A stretch of DNA of 64,000 bases from Balanoglossus misakiensis (GCA_040954595.2 CM082584.2:6901919-6965918); one strand, 5' to 3'. Positions 50,107 to 64,000 are shown, numbered from the stretch's first letter. The notes: generated from the sequence alone by a model not told the origin. A program made the numbers and translations.

Positions 50107-52988
50107 AAAAAAAACCTGAGGCGCATTCATTGTGTGGATAATAAAAAACGTGTGGATCCGTCCTTGTGGTGCTGATATTGAAGAGTTGGCTTCCAGTGGA
50201 TGCAGCAGAATGAACTTGATCGCGAGGAGATTCTGTACGCACTCTGATATCGCAACTGTGACAGAATGAAGAGGCTTCTTTTTTATATCGAGATACTTTG
50301 GCACAATGATCCATCGATTTACAGAATTATTCAGTAGCGAGTCAGCTTCTTAAAATCATGGAAAGTCCTTTTTAAATTGCATTTCAGGCTTTAATTAAAA
50401 AAAGACTACATTTTATCTGTATACCAAGTGCTTGATTTCAAAATTATTGATCATGTTTACATCTTGGGATTGTTAACTTACTCCGGTTGGTTTGTTAGTT
50501 TTTATGAACTTGACAATGCAGGCCAAGTGTGGCTAATTTTTAGTACAAGTTGCTCAAATATTTATTTTACGCCATAATATGAGTCCAACAAGTATTGTTG
50601 TAGAAGAAATAATTTGAGAAAATCACAGACTTGGAGATAAATGAAAATGTTGCCAAGATATTGGCCGAAGGTGCTTTATTATGAGACAGTTGGGGTGATA
50701 ATGAAACAATTTATATTCGGTGTGTTGTTTTTTTATGTTTAACATGCAGATGTCATAAATTGGTCTTTTTTTCACAGTTTGTGTCTGACAACTCCCCAGC
50801 ACATTGTAGCGTCTTCGCTTGCTCAGGTCTCCTGTCTGGGTGGTCTTGTCGCTCCCAGAAAACGGTGGGAGACTGGGTGGTGCTATTGTAAATAGTGTAC
50901 ATACCTTTTATGCACTGCCATCATTTGGGCCGCAAGTGACAGTCATCATTTTTGTGGCCACTAAAATTAAAGTGACCATGTAGACCTCTACTGGAATAGA
51001 CTTTTTTAACACAACAAATACAGTCGTGGTTATGGTATTTCACAATCATTCTGTTCTATTACCTCTGTACTGTTGTATTTGTGGCCAGTTTGATCGTTAG
51101 TTACCGGTAGGTGAACTTGTTAGCAGAATTCATCACATGTCTTCCAATTTTTTTGTATTTATCCCTCCAAATATAGTCACTGCCAGCTTGTCAGATATCT
51201 GCCATGTTTGTGTCGGCAAATTTCTCAGTCGCAATCCCCACAGAAAGTGTTATAAACATCAGGGATTTTATTTTTAAAACATGCCCAATTTTACTACAGC
51301 ATCTTTGTATATTTTACTCTCAATTTGTATGTGTTTAATGTACTGTCCGACGCTCATTTCAACTGCCATTTTTTTCAAAGATGAAACACACACCAGCATC
51401 ATGAAGTTTATTGGTATTTACACAGAAAATACAGATTTTAAATGTCACCGCAAGGAATTCTTATAAACTTAACTCCGTACAAAAATTCACTGCCATGTCT
51501 TGTGACTCAGTTGTGTTTACTGAGTAACAAGTGTTTTCTGTGATGTACTGTACACACTTAAGAAACTTAAAAACTTTTGAGTTTTATGTTTCCTGAAAGA
51601 ATTAACCATTGTTTCCGTGGTTGGGGTATAACTTCACTGCCTGTTTCCCTTATTGGGTTTTGAGAAAAGTGACTGCCTTGTGTTATATACTGCCTTTTAT
51701 TTTGTACTTCATCAACTTGAACTTGGTCATCTTTCCTCTTGTTACCACCTATTGTTATCCCCAATATGTCATCACATCATTTATGGGGAGAAAACCAGAC
51801 TAAAAAGACAACCAATATTTAGTCTTAATATTCAAGATGTTATGACAAATTTCATTGAGTGCCCTCTGAAATATTCAAGTCGCACAAGAAGACAATTTTC
51901 AAGACAACTGGAAATTGTCGAATGAGATGCAACATGTGTATGTGTCAATTGTGTGTATGGTGTTTTACATCCAGTGTTAATTGTATTGTGCCAAACTTTT
52001 CCATGACAAGAAATTGGGCAGTTTCATATAAAACTTTTGCATTAAAATGATATAGTTTTATTGAAATGTGTGGTTGTACTGTGTGATCTCAGCCATGTTG
52101 GTTCTCTTGATCTTCAAGTAATGTTCTGGTGTTCAACTAGTGACTTGTTTTAATTATTGAAATCGAGTTTTCGGCCGACCACTTTCTGTAATTATGCTCA
52201 CAAAACCCGTGGACAAAACTGGGGGATTCAAAGACCGCAGAAGTGATTGATGTTGGCGTTGGTGGCGCTCTTCTGTGACACAGGGCTGAGACAAATAAGC
52301 GTTTCAACCAGATGTTATTTAATGAAAATTAATTCCAAACCATTACATACGTAAAAAGACTGGCACTATTTTGGGATCATTACATACGGATAAAGTGAGT
52401 AAAACACGGTCAATATATGTTGTATTTGAGGGGAAATTCGTAATTATGACATTACTAAACAAATGACAAACGATCAGCTGCAACAAGCTCAAAATAGTTC
52501 CAATCATTATTTGCAGTCACTGTGCTTTTACAATGTCAGTCGAAGGTCTACATGTAAGAGATAAAAAAACAAAAATCATAATTTATTTTGTATGTCTCCA
52601 AATTTACAAAAAAAAAGTGCGGACACGATTCGCGATCGCTCAGATTTAAGCAAATCAAAGGTTTAACGTGCAATCCCGGTGTGCAGTATAAATGAAAATC
52701 TTAAACGGGGAAAGACTGCCCAATTTATCAATCCGTTGACATCCAATTTATAGTACTAGTATCTTTTGTGTACATTGGAGTTGTCACCCATTGAACTGGT
52801 CTGGTAGAGTTTTATATATTGACCACTAATTACATCTGATATTGGATGCATTGAATTGAAAAGCGATTAGAGATAGTATCTAGGAATCTTGTCATCAACT
52901 TCAATTCGTACGAAGGACTTGTATATACATGTATGTAACGTTTATGGCATTACATATTTCCCCGATGCGACCATAGAGGGCGCAACCA

Positions 52989-55900
52989 CTACACCCTGGA
53001 GGAAGTTTCGCTTTCGTTCTCTTCGTTGATTTCAGTGAGGTTTGTTGACGTCATAGATACTATTCCTGGCGTCCCGGTGTGTCTTCGAGATGCGTCTGGT
53101 GCCGTTCTTTTGGATGCCTGGGGTGATATACCACGGCGCTGCCAGCTTGGCGATGGTGTGTTACGGGGTGAGTCCCTGGCAAACAAAAAAAAACATTAAA
53201 CTTTTTACTTCATGCTGAGGGGTCAGATCGCATTGCATTTTGGGTAAGAAAGTCGACAACTCACTGCGGTAGGAGTTCGAAGAGTTGGTATGTTACCAGT
53301 GTTTCACGGCCTCATTATGGTAAACGTTCGATCTTTGCGGTGAGTACTAATATTTAAAATTTTGTTTTCTTAGAATACGCATTATCTTGCAATTCAACAT
53401 CTGTCCAGGATAAACAAATAGATTGAAGGTAAGGTCAGGTTACCCTTGGTATGAATCGTCCATATTGGTTGCCCTCGGAAGCGTCACGCTGACGAATTTC
53501 TGCGAGGAGCTGGCGGAAGCATATCCAGAGGAAACAGACGACCCCGCCGGTGTTGATGTTTCAGTCGATGCCGGTCGCGGGGTAGACCTTGTTGAGCGCG
53601 GTCTGGGTGATACGGGATCGAAACTTCTCGACGCCGGCGCCTTCTTGTCAGGAGCCCGCTGATGTTGTTGTTGGGGGAAATATCGGGACGTTTGTGGGAC
53701 TGACGGGCGGGTGCTCTTGTCGCTGGACGACGAGGACTGGTAAGAGGAATAGCGGGATGTTGGAAGCACTTTCATTCCCCAGGGTCTTCCTGTACCTGGC
53801 CGTGAAAGTAAAAAATCGTCATTGCAAGGACTGGTGTGGGCAGACGGGAGAGTGTAATTTTGTGACTGATATTAAGTAGTCCTCGTGGGCAACGTCGTTT
53901 GGAAACGGTGGCGGATGAATGAATGAAAGTCATCATCCCATAATATCATGCTTTTTTGTCAATTTTTATTCGCGCGGAATGCAACTTTTACTCTCAGATT
54001 TGGCCAAGTGCTGATTAATTCTACGCGTGTAAAACAAACTGTCCCCACTTGCGGATCTCTGTAAGCTTACTAGGCCTAAATATAAATCAATTTGAAGGAT
54101 AAGTCACAAACTTCAGATAATTTTCTTATACTAAACCTTCAAGATAAGTGATTCAGTCTATGGATAATATTAAAGTTCCAAAGCTGTGTAAACGGTTGTA
54201 AAAATACACACACTTTTTTCTTTCAAAATGAAGAATTTCACTATGTTTCGTTACCTGCCGTGCCAGGTTCAGAGTGCAGGCTCAGTGTGGCCGGTTTGAC
54301 AGGAGTGGACATGATGGTCGTGGAGTCATCCCAGGCCGGCTTCTTTGGGCCCTTCTTGGGCGGTCCCTTCTGCACCACCGGAGCCGAGTACACGTACATG
54401 TAGTGATCGGCCGCCTTGGTGGTCCTCCGCGGCTCGAAGATGGTGGCCGGCTTGTACGGGCTGTCCTTCAAGTTGACCAAACCTTCGAAGTCGCTGTCTG
54501 ACTTCACCTGCGCCTTGGGGATGGCGATCTCCAGCCTCTTGAGCAGGTCCAGCTCTCGCTCGCCGATGGTGGCGTTGTAGTCGAGCAGGAGTTGGCACAC
54601 GTCGCGGTGTCCCTGCACGGCGGCGAGGTAGAGAGCGTTGTCTCCGTTGTCGTCTTTTCTGTCAAGCCAAGCCTGAATCCTTAAATGTTAAAACAAACAC
54701 TATAATAAGTACATTTTCTCCCGAAATGTTCCAAAGGCAACATTAAGCCAGAAAAATATGCAAATGTGTGTAAAAAAACACAGAAAGTCAGATTACTATA
54801 ATATCAACCAGACCAAAAATCACGATTCTTCCCCAAATCTTTCAATTGAACGCCCTATCATCGATCAGCTATCCATGCCAATGGGCCGGCTCTTTAACAT
54901 TGCCTGATCTACTACTTCTACTATGTAGTTGCATTACATACTCTATCAACTTCTTTGCTATCTTCATCATCGATATCACAGCGACAAGCAGGGATACGAC
55001 TCGAATATTGCCTCCCTCTGCGCTGTAATGAAGCGGTGTCCTGCAAATAAAATGACATGTCAGTCCAGTTTTGGAAAACAACAACGTAGATTTATAATAC
55101 TTATAATATTTTCCATATTTACGAATGTGTACTAGAAAGAGTTAAATGTCATGTCCATAGTTGATTTTTAATCAGATTGACCACTGCCATGATGTCGGCC
55201 AATTTCCAGGGAGTAGCGAGTCCGTCGCTGGTTTCGCCACGGGCTGATGTGGTACGTCCATGGTTTCGACCACAGTGGTTTCGATGTCCTACCTGCCGAT
55301 TTTATCGATGACGGTCAAACTTAGCGCCCCCTTCTTGATGAGAATCTTGACCACTTTGACGGCGCCGTTGGTGGCAGCTATGAATATGGGCGAGTGGCCG
55401 CGTACGTCGCGCAGATCGATGTCCAGACCGGTGTCGATGAAGAAGTTCACCAGGTCCTCGTCGTTCCTCGATGCCGCGTAGTGCAACGCACCCCATCCCT
55501 GGTGACGTCATATGCAAATGTAGAGGGAAAACAAAAAATCAGCGATGAGAGACTGGTAGAGGAAGAAAATGCCCACCAATGCACCAGGCACCTATACACA
55601 TTTCACAAAGTGGTGAGGACGGCGAAAATAACGTGTGGCGTGTATGTGACAGTAGAAATTGATCGCAGAGAATGGACGCATGGACTGCTGATACGGAACT
55701 TTTGTCCACGGTGTCACGTGACAACTCACCAGTTTATCGGTGTCGTGCAAGACTTTGTCATTGGCGGAGATCAACAGTTCGCACGTACTGCGGTCACCAC
55801 AACACGATGCAAGGAGAAGCGGGGTGAGTCCCTTGGAGTTCTTTATTGAGAGACAGCAGTCCTGTGAGAGAAGACAACAGTTCGGTTAGATGACTACTGA

Positions 55901-58900
55901 GAAGGTGACGTGTATATTGTGTAATTTGGGAAGCAATATTCACGTTCACCCACAGGATCTGTCTATCTGTCATATTGCAACTTTAATATGCTGCCTGCCG
56001 CCTGCCTGCCTGCCTGCCCGCCCGCCTGCCACATGCTCTCTGCATCGTTATTGCTGTTTCTGTTGGTCTCGCCCTGCTTCTGGTGTATCTTCTGCGAGAA
56101 ACTCCTCTCCACACGCACGGCTAGACTTGACTAAGGCTAGGTCGGCCCAGGTGGGTACAGTTCCCCGGCTAACTCCTGCCCGAATAAACACGCTTGGCCT
56201 GCATGGCTAGGAATGCGCCTCACCTTGTCAACAAGCATTTTGACCACATCCGCAAAGTTGAGATGAACGGCGTAGTGGATAGCAGTCTGCCCCATCTTGT
56301 CTGCACGATCCAAATCGTTGGTCTGCGAACCCATCAGTAACTCGTCCACACATGGCACCTGCGTGTGTCAATTATTTGGAAAAAAATTGAAAAAAGACCC
56401 ATACATTTCAGAGAACTCACAATCCAGATATAGTTCAAGGTACATGTAGGCGGTATTCTAAAAATGCCAGTGTGAAAATTATGCGAAATTCTAGGAATTT
56501 CTACACGACCAGATTCAACTGCTGCTCACACTCTACAAGGCCGACTTTGGCTGAAAATGTCACAGGTTGGTATTGGTCCGTTTTTGTTCCTATGGTTCCA
56601 ATAAACGCACCCCTCGCTGCTACTAAACATTCATTTGGAATATTAACTCACTCGAGTTGTACATGTATAACTACAAAAAGTACAACAAACACGTTCACTT
56701 GCTCGCATGGTTGAACTCGCATCCTCAAAAAACATTGGTCCAGCGCGGAGCCAGCCTGAATGACGGGTAAACAAGGTATATACATGACGTCATCAACTCA
56801 CCGATCCCTCGACCACAGCCCAGTGCAACGGCAGTCTTCCCATGTTGTCTTCCTCGGTGGAGGCGCCCCAGTTTAGAAGTAACCTGATCAGCTCTAAATT
56901 TTCCTACATATATGGACAATAATAGCAAACAAAAAACAAGAGGATGATAAGTGAAGTATGGATACTCCACGGAATGCTAATCTCAAACAGGGTCGCTCGG
57001 CTGAATTTGACAGGCGATAACAAAATCTGGATCTCTGTTCTTTGCAAATAGTGTGATGGTAGTCGAGTTCACAGCGAGAAGAACTATCACGTCTGTGCGA
57101 CACTCATTACGCAAGTGGGCTCCGAAGAGACAAAAAAAATACACGAGGATTGGCGAAAATGGCCAATCGGAAGGTACCTTTCCCGCTGCCAGATGTAACG
57201 GAGTGATATTGAACTTGTCCTTTGAATTGGCTGCTGTCGGGTCTGCCTCCAGCAGCAACTTGGCGCAGTTGGTATCCTAGGAAACCAGAAACAGAGCGCG
57301 GGCGATCAAAACTCGGACATATTTCAGACCGAGGGCACGAGGAAAACGCAGTGATTTTTAATCAAAAAATGATCATGGCAGAAACAAAAGGAATACCTGT
57401 GAGACATGCGAAGAGCCATGGTTTTATAAGAAAACGTTTCGTATACGCTGATGTGGGTTCATCATGTTTTGGCCCGAGGCGTTTGACTTGTTTCACGCAA
57501 CACAGGTCAAAGGTCGAAGGGGTTAGTACACGGTATATGTTTTGAAACCAAAAGAAAAGAACCTGTTTCTTGTTGCAAGTTGAGACTCGTTTTATATTGA
57601 CAAGCAGAAGATGTAAGCCTTTGTTTATTCAGGTGTTTTCGAACTTACGCGTAAGATAAAACAACATGCAAGTGTTAATATTCACTTTAGTCATATACAG
57701 TAGAAGTCTAGATGCTTTAATTAAAAGTATCAATGGTGGTTAGAGACTGGCAAAAATGTCAAAGTCAATTTCAAACCGAGACCTGGAATGCCAATATTTG
57801 CGAGTACCTAACAGGATTACAACCCCTGACCAGTTCAATAATTGTTTCTGCCCGAAAGTCACAGTCTTTTTCTATGTACAGACACGTCCAAAGTTGTCTG
57901 CTTTGCGTGACGTCAGTATCACCATCTCCAAACCAAAGAATGATAATATAAACTTACAAAAAAGCATCATCCCCAATGCTTCAATTATTCGAATTAAAAC
58001 ATGTGTGTTACCTACCATAAGGGATGAGTGTGCACGTATTGACGAATTGATCCCTTACCGTGTTTGCTGCTGCAAGGTGTAGAGCCACCCGTCCATCTTT
58101 GTCCTGTGTGTTGGGTTTCGCCCCGGCTGCCAGTAACAGTTGTACCTGCGTGCAAATGAAGCGAGAAGTGACGAGACACATAAATATATGGCAACTCAGC
58201 CCAACCGCCATAAACAACACATATAAGTGGAACCTGTGTGTTGACAAACCAAAATACCTCAAATATTTCGACATAAGCTAGAAACGTTAACTTTATACTG
58301 AAAAAAGTACACATCAAAATATAGCATCTACATTTCCTTTCATGTACCTTCTTTGCGTCATCACTCTCTGTTGCCGCCATCAACGCCGTCATGCCGTCCG
58401 GACCGACGAAGTTGACGTCTGCACCGCAGTACATGAGCATCTTCAGCAGCACACTGTCCCCGTAGAAGGAGGCCACCGACAGCAGAGAGCGCCCGTTCTT
58501 GTCGGAGATGTCCAGGTCGAAATCTTTCTCCAGGATCCGGTGCAGTCGCTGGTGGTCGCCGTCTCGGCACATTCTGAACAGCCGCTCTTCTCTACTCTGC
58601 AGGAGGAGAAAAAGAAAACGCGTCATAGCCAAGTTAGCATTTATACCTAGCACATGAAGTTCTCGACCCCCTTAACCCATTTGCAATTCTGCTATCCCCA
58701 CCGTATGTTCTCCCCGGTTATAAACCCTGGATTTGTCAAAACAAAAGGCTGTCTTCTAAGAACAGGTCAATAATAACGAATTCCACCTCTATGATTTCAA
58801 CAAAGAGCAGGCCAAATGCTACGGTCCACCTCGGGTGTTAGATATGGAAAATACACTATACATGTATTTGTTATGAGAATCTGGTGGCTGCATGACTTAC

Positions 58901-59462
58901 ATGGTCGATAGGTTCTGACTTTTTGTTCACCATGATGACTTCTCCCTCGTCGTCGCTGTCTTCGCTGCTCTCATCGAGTCGGATGAGGATCAAGTTCTTA
59001 ACCTTAGCCTGCCACAGACACAAAATTCACATAAATGGTCGTAAATGTGATGATTTCCACCATTTTCAGTTCCTTCCCCAGACCACAGACAAAGAGGAAA
59101 CGTGATGTGATGTGGTCAATATGTGGTTAGCGGTGGTTCGTGCTGTAGAGCGATTAATCTGTGAACAATTATCTCAGACAACTGTACAATTATGCCCAAT
59201 TAATTTCTTGTCAATTTTATTCGTGGTAATTATGGCGGTAGGATGTCTGGTTAAAGTATTTCGCCCGGACTCATTGGACGTTAGGCGTCGAACTTTCAAC
59301 GCGAATCCCCGACTCAAGGCACTTTCGAAATTGGCTTGTTGCAAGTGCAAACTGTTCAGAATCACACGCACAAAGTGATGGAAATCGCTAACGACGCAAA
59401 AAACTGTGTCCAGGTGGGAAAAAGTGTACCTCAGATGGAGTAGAAACCTTTACCTTCCGCAT
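52989..59462 (-). CDS. Ankyrin repeat protein (~12 ANK repeats + Ser/Pro/Arg-rich disordered tail ending in a PDZ-binding-like S-R-V), ~729 aa
   Basis: In-phase exons: 59454-59462 (MRK, tentative start), 58901-59008, 58348-58596 (NGRSLLSVASFYGD, DGMTALMAA), 58059-58145, 57178-57276 (NITPLHLAA), 56802-56903 (GRLPLHWAV), 56224-56358 (GQTAIHYAV), 55730-55861 (GLTPLLLAS), 55293-55498, 54942-55040 (GRTPLHYSA), 54255-54679 (GDNALYLAA), 53444-53795, 52989-53175. The 5' end and the 54942/54679 junction are less certain. Confidence 0.85.
55992..56030. repeat. Short (GCCT/GCCC)n repeat, intronic
   Basis: gcctgccgcctgcctgcctgcctgcccgcccgcctgcc seen directly. Confidence 0.7.
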
Positions 59463-62120
59463 ATTGTACCGATCGTGACATTCCGGCGAACAAAAGTATG
59501 TCTCCTTCCCGCCATATTTGCTGCTGTATCTCGCAATCTGCATACACATGGAACATCTTTCAACTACGGATAAAAATGTCGAAGCGAACACGAGGTGAGA
59601 TTTAATTCATGAAGCCATGAAGCAAAGAGGCAAATAATACAAAAGGTGTCTAGCGACCAAGAATAGAGAATTTTAAGCGGTACATGACTATACTTTCAAC
59701 CAAATCTGCAGGTGTTTTGTCGCAACAAGAAAGGCTTCGCTTATAAGCCATGTTGCTGGTTAAAATTAATACATTTCCAGGCGATCGTAAAAGGCGCTGT
59801 CATCAGCAAGAAATAAATGTCCTCGATTTGATTATCGAATTGGAACGAGGACAGATCTTTGGTTTGACACTCGGCAACTTCTGAGTCGCCGGATCTCCGC
59901 ATAGCTGTCAATCAATAGCGCAAGAACATGCATTCGTTAGATAAGCGTAACATGTCGCCTGATCTCAGTAAATATAACCCCCAGCGCAGGTATTGTATCC
60001 GCGTGAAAACATGCACGTTGCATATTAAGGAAGGGGCTACTGTTATATTGTCCTAAAAATAACAACACCCTAATGCGGCTAGCACAGTGGTCTAACGTAA
60101 TAGCTGGCCACAAAGGACTCGGTCTACCATGGCCATTTTCCAACAATTACACTAGCATAACACAACACGCCCTGGTGTACTAACGAGAAAACGATGAAAA
60201 GCTCTTCGTACCACCTACTATATTTGGCGAATTACGTAACTGATCAAAACACGAAATCTCGCGGTATCATAATTAATTAAATGGTCAAGTGCCAGGCAAT
60301 GACAAGAACACGCGTGTTAGATTACGTCACTTGTAGTTAGTACAATGTATTCCGAAAAAAGTCATCTACCTCCCAGCTAAGTCAGCCTGGAGGTGTGTTG
60401 ATATTTATCACCACGGAGATTATAATTATGTATGTGTCCCGGCTCCACCTCCCTGTGCTAATGAAAGATTTTTTACTCGAAAAAACGTGTGGATTGATTT
60501 TTGCATTTAGTATAATGATAAAGAACGTCTTGGTTCGGTTATGTTGTGTATGTATATTTTGAAACATGTTTTTCTGTTTACGTTGAATGTGATGAACATT
60601 TTCCAGCACGACGTTGCCCACAATCTCGGCTGTTACCTAACCAGACTGTATCTGTTTTCTAACAGGCTTGTCTTGTTGTTTTGTCAGTATCAGGGCCAGC
60701 AATGAGTCAGCAGTCGGAATGACATTAAAAGAATTTACGACCTAGTGCGAAAAATTCAAGGTACGTGATTAAACGGAACTCATCCGATTCTGGTCGGACA
60801 GCTTCGTTTTCTTGATGAGCAGACACTGTGTGGGATACAACATTCAACTTTGCGTCAAGTTCTTTTTTTTCAATCGTACCACCTGTTGATCCCATGGATA
60901 CCAGATAACTGTCATTTGTCTCGCTTAGATAACCACTACCCTACCGGGCATTGATCAGTTCGCATTGTCTCCGAAATATATTGCGGTGGTATCGATTAGC
61001 GCTGACAACACTTTCAATGGGGGCCATACAATCACTCGGAGTTTTAATCCCCGGGCAATGGTTAGGAATACTTCACGCCGCGCTCGCATCGTGGAAATGC
61101 ACCGTTGATTTTAGAGGCATCCAGCCATTGGCCTTGCGGGAGACGGTGATACGAGATTACGTACACTGTGCGTACACACAGTGCATTCCTCCGTAAGTTA
61201 TTAAATGTCTCTGACAGACTGGGACGACTCCGTGGTCCAGGCGATAAAGTGACGTAAGGAGGTTTTATGGCCAGACAAGTTTGGAACAAAAACGTTCGGA
61301 CCAAAAAATGTTCATGCAGTCCTGTCCAATATGATGGACAAAACTAGATTATAGCATAGAGTACCTCCGTGATTGTACCAAAGCGATGACACACTTGAAG
61401 AATCCTTGCCTGGTCATGGATCACTGCATTAAATGAACTCGTAAAAAAGGAGGACGACTTACCTATACTTTTCATGTTAAAAAAAGGTGATTGTCTTCGC
61501 TGAGCAATGTTATAATGAAATGCGATTTCTACCATGGAGTCGAATGTTCGGACATTCGAAGGGGGAGGTGGGAGCACCTCCCCACTTGTTTAAGGGGTCA
61601 TCTTTCGGAGAGCTCCCATTTTTGTTACCAGTTACGGACAACTGTGTTGGCCATCATCTTTGAAGGCTCAAACAAACACTAAGAGATTTTTACAATCGGC
61701 GACGGTGTATTGTTCGGTGTGTACGTCATAATTAGCATAACAAATACACCTTGCAGCGTCACCACTTGTCATCACTAATTGTCCTTCTTGTCATGGTCTT
61801 GGCCTGCTCCAGGAGGGTCCCTCCAAAACAGCGCCACCTATCACCCCTCAAATGATGTACACTGGTAGGCCAAGGGTAGTATACTAGTAGTACAAATGTA
61901 TGCGCTTCGAAAAGTTAAGTCTTAATCTTTGTCGTCACCGTATTGATGAGAGAGCAAAAACTGTCTTAAATTTAAAATTCAAAATGGCCGCCAATCTCTA
62001 TGTTAACTCAAAGTAACGATTTTTGGGTGAACAGGGCCAATGTATGACATATTTCCATGACCGTTTTTATATAAAAATAATAACACGCAGCCTGTTAAAC
62101 GAAAAATGAAAATAAGACGA

Positions 62121-62192
62121 TGGAGATGCCGAGATTTGAACTCGGGGCCTCTTACATGCGAAGCAAGCGCTCTACCACTGAGCTACATCCCA
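62121..62192 (-). tRNA. tRNA-Ala(CGC), copy 1 (position 1 is T instead of G)
   Basis: The reverse complement TGGGATGTAGCTCAGTGGTAGAGCGCTTGCTTCGCATGTAAGAGGCCCCGAGTTCAAATCTCGGCATCTCCA folds as a cloverleaf with anticodon CGC, a G3:U70 pair, intact A/B boxes and a downstream oligo-T run. Confidence 0.9.
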
Positions 62193-63325
62193 GACAACGA
62201 CTACGTCAACACCAACGAAAAATCTTCGCTTCTTTAAAGAAACAATACTTGAAATAATCGTGTCTTGTTGCTCGTTTCATCAATTCTTATATCTTTGTAT
62301 TCTCGTGTGGATCCCTCAAATGTTTACTAACGCGCATATATATTTTTTGAGGCTAGGAATTTATGACACATTACATAATTCTTTGAAAATGGATGTCTTC
62401 TGTTCTTCAGATAAAATGCATAGCACTAACGAACAAAAACAAACTACTAGTAATTAAGATGACGCTGCAAACCAAACAAAAATGAAACGGCACCCGCATT
62501 GTCATCGTTATGGAATTTAAATTTTACATATAACGCTGGATAACATGTATTGGATAATTTTGAATTTCTAATCTCATATCATAATACAAGTTGTATACAA
62601 TAGATGTCATTACCAAGCACTCTGCAGGTGTTTTTTCGTGCGTTGACGTTATTGCATGCAATGATTGCTACGTGGAAAAAGTGTCATGACTTTTTGCGCC
62701 GTGACTTATACACCGCATGAGTATCTAATCAATATTGCGGCCAGCCTCGAAACTCCCATCCTTGACATATTACGGTCTGGTGATTGATGTATGGACAATA
62801 TGCATGCTCGTTGATTGCCATTTTCACGAGATCATGCGGAGTACACAGTTCCATGATATTATATGTTGTAGTAGACACCGTGTTCCCCAGCACTTCAGCA
62901 TACTAGTATACTACAGTACCCTGGACACTCGCTGCACACGATATCCAGGCAAGCAGCTGACATCCTTGTTGGCCAATGGCACATATGTCGCGGTCATTTT
63001 CCAATATAAAAATAGCACAACACTGAGAAAATGATATTTGTGCTGGGTCCGATTGAAATGCACTGTGAAATGAATAGCGTCAAAGCAAACGCCGCTTGTA
63101 ATATTATTCAAACATCGCAATACCATTCCTCTCGGATGCCTTCGCTTGGCCCAAGAAGACGAATGCGGGATATGTTACACTGAGCAACTGAAGTTTGAGC
63201 TAAGCACACGCACGGCGTGAATTCAGATCAGATTCTTCGCATCTCTTTGTAAAACAGAATGACGACATACATGTAAATAAAAACGACACGATAACTAAAA
63301 TAAAATATTAAAAAAAAGAAACCAC

Positions 63326-63397
63326 TGGAGATGCCGAGATTTGAACTCGGGGCCTCTTACATGCGAAGCAAGCGCTCTACCACTGAGCTACATCCCC
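63326..63397 (-). tRNA. tRNA-Ala(CGC), copy 2
   Basis: The reverse complement GGGGATGTAGCTCAGTGGTAGAGCGCTTGCTTCGCATGTAAGAGGCCCCGAGTTCAAATCTCGGCATCTCCA is a canonical eukaryotic tRNA-Ala, followed by a long oligo-T Pol III terminator. Confidence 0.96.
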
Positions 63398-64000
63398 GTT
63401 GTTTCATTGCAAATGTTGTAACGGAAAACAATAGCTATTCCAGAAGAAAAGAAACCCATTTCTCCTATTAATCTGCATATTAGAAGTGCTGCATCTGTTG
63501 TTTGTCAGCGAGTGCACCAATCAGCTACGGGGTACGGTCGCGGTTGCGACAAGAGTGCATGCGTGTCCTGGATGTACATGTACTTGGCTGGTGATCCGGA
63601 TCTCTTGGTCGCCACTTCTTCCCGTGTGCTGTGTCACCGTGGTTCTACCTGTTTGCCAAGTTAGCCATGTCTACCAGTCTATCTATAGTATACAGAACAT
63701 GTTGTTGGACCTGGCAACTCAGCCAGCCAGTCGAGGAAACGGACATTTCCAGAGTTGTAAAAGCAAGACTTGCAGCATGGTACAACGTGTCCGGGTCATT
63801 CAAATAGACGGTGTCCGCCGTATCACCAGCTGACAGCACGTGCTTCGCCGCCACTATGTCGGATCGGAGACCGGGCGCTAGCTGATTCTCTTGCAGTTAA
63901 TTTTAGGTGGGTTACTCGTCATTACTCGACTTATCATAGTTAGTATTAAGAGAACCGTTTTGCTGTAGTCATCATACTTCTTAACTAGTTTGTTGCTTGA

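Noticed and set aside
54942-54985. Possible frameshift in the ankyrin gene (alternate frame reads CDIDDEDSKEVDR)
   Set aside because: A 99-nt phase 2-2 exon (54942-55040) joined to acceptor 54679 keeps the frame without any indel. cDNA would be needed to revisit this.
63486-63854. Moderately GC-rich ORFs at the window end (63486-63833 +, 63645-63854 -)
   Set aside because: They have non-ATG starts, no recognisable domain and no convincing splice structure. They may belong to a feature extending beyond the window.
1-64000. Prokaryotic systems (CRISPR arrays, operons, defence islands)
   Set aside because: The sequence is intron-containing eukaryotic DNA. The only tandem arrays are simple microsatellites with no unique spacers.

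Overview
This is eukaryotic (metazoan) genomic DNA, with GT-AG introns, GC-rich exons in an AT-rich background, and microsatellites. The gene content suggests an invertebrate deuterostome such as a hemichordate or amphioxus (inference only). I assembled six spliced protein-coding genes by hand with consistent intron phases. In order: two tandem paralogous secreted beta-propeller (tectonin/tachylectin-like) genes with vicinal Cys-Cys repeats (+); a secreted two-FN3 protein with the sequence hallmarks and 1-2-1-0 intron-phase signature of a class II helical cytokine receptor ectodomain (IL-22BP/tissue-factor-like) (+); OSBPL9/ORP9 (-, 19 exons); DEPDC1 (+, 10 exons), head-to-head with OSBPL9; and an ankyrin-repeat gene (-, about 13 exons). 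Two tRNA-Ala(CGC) genes follow. The most interesting signal is the soluble class II cytokine receptor-like gene at 12.5-16.3 kb. It has an NF-kB/AP-1/GATA-rich upstream region and sits next to the two propeller genes, forming a putative secreted innate-immunity cluster. All family assignments come from recognising motifs by eye, not from database searches.
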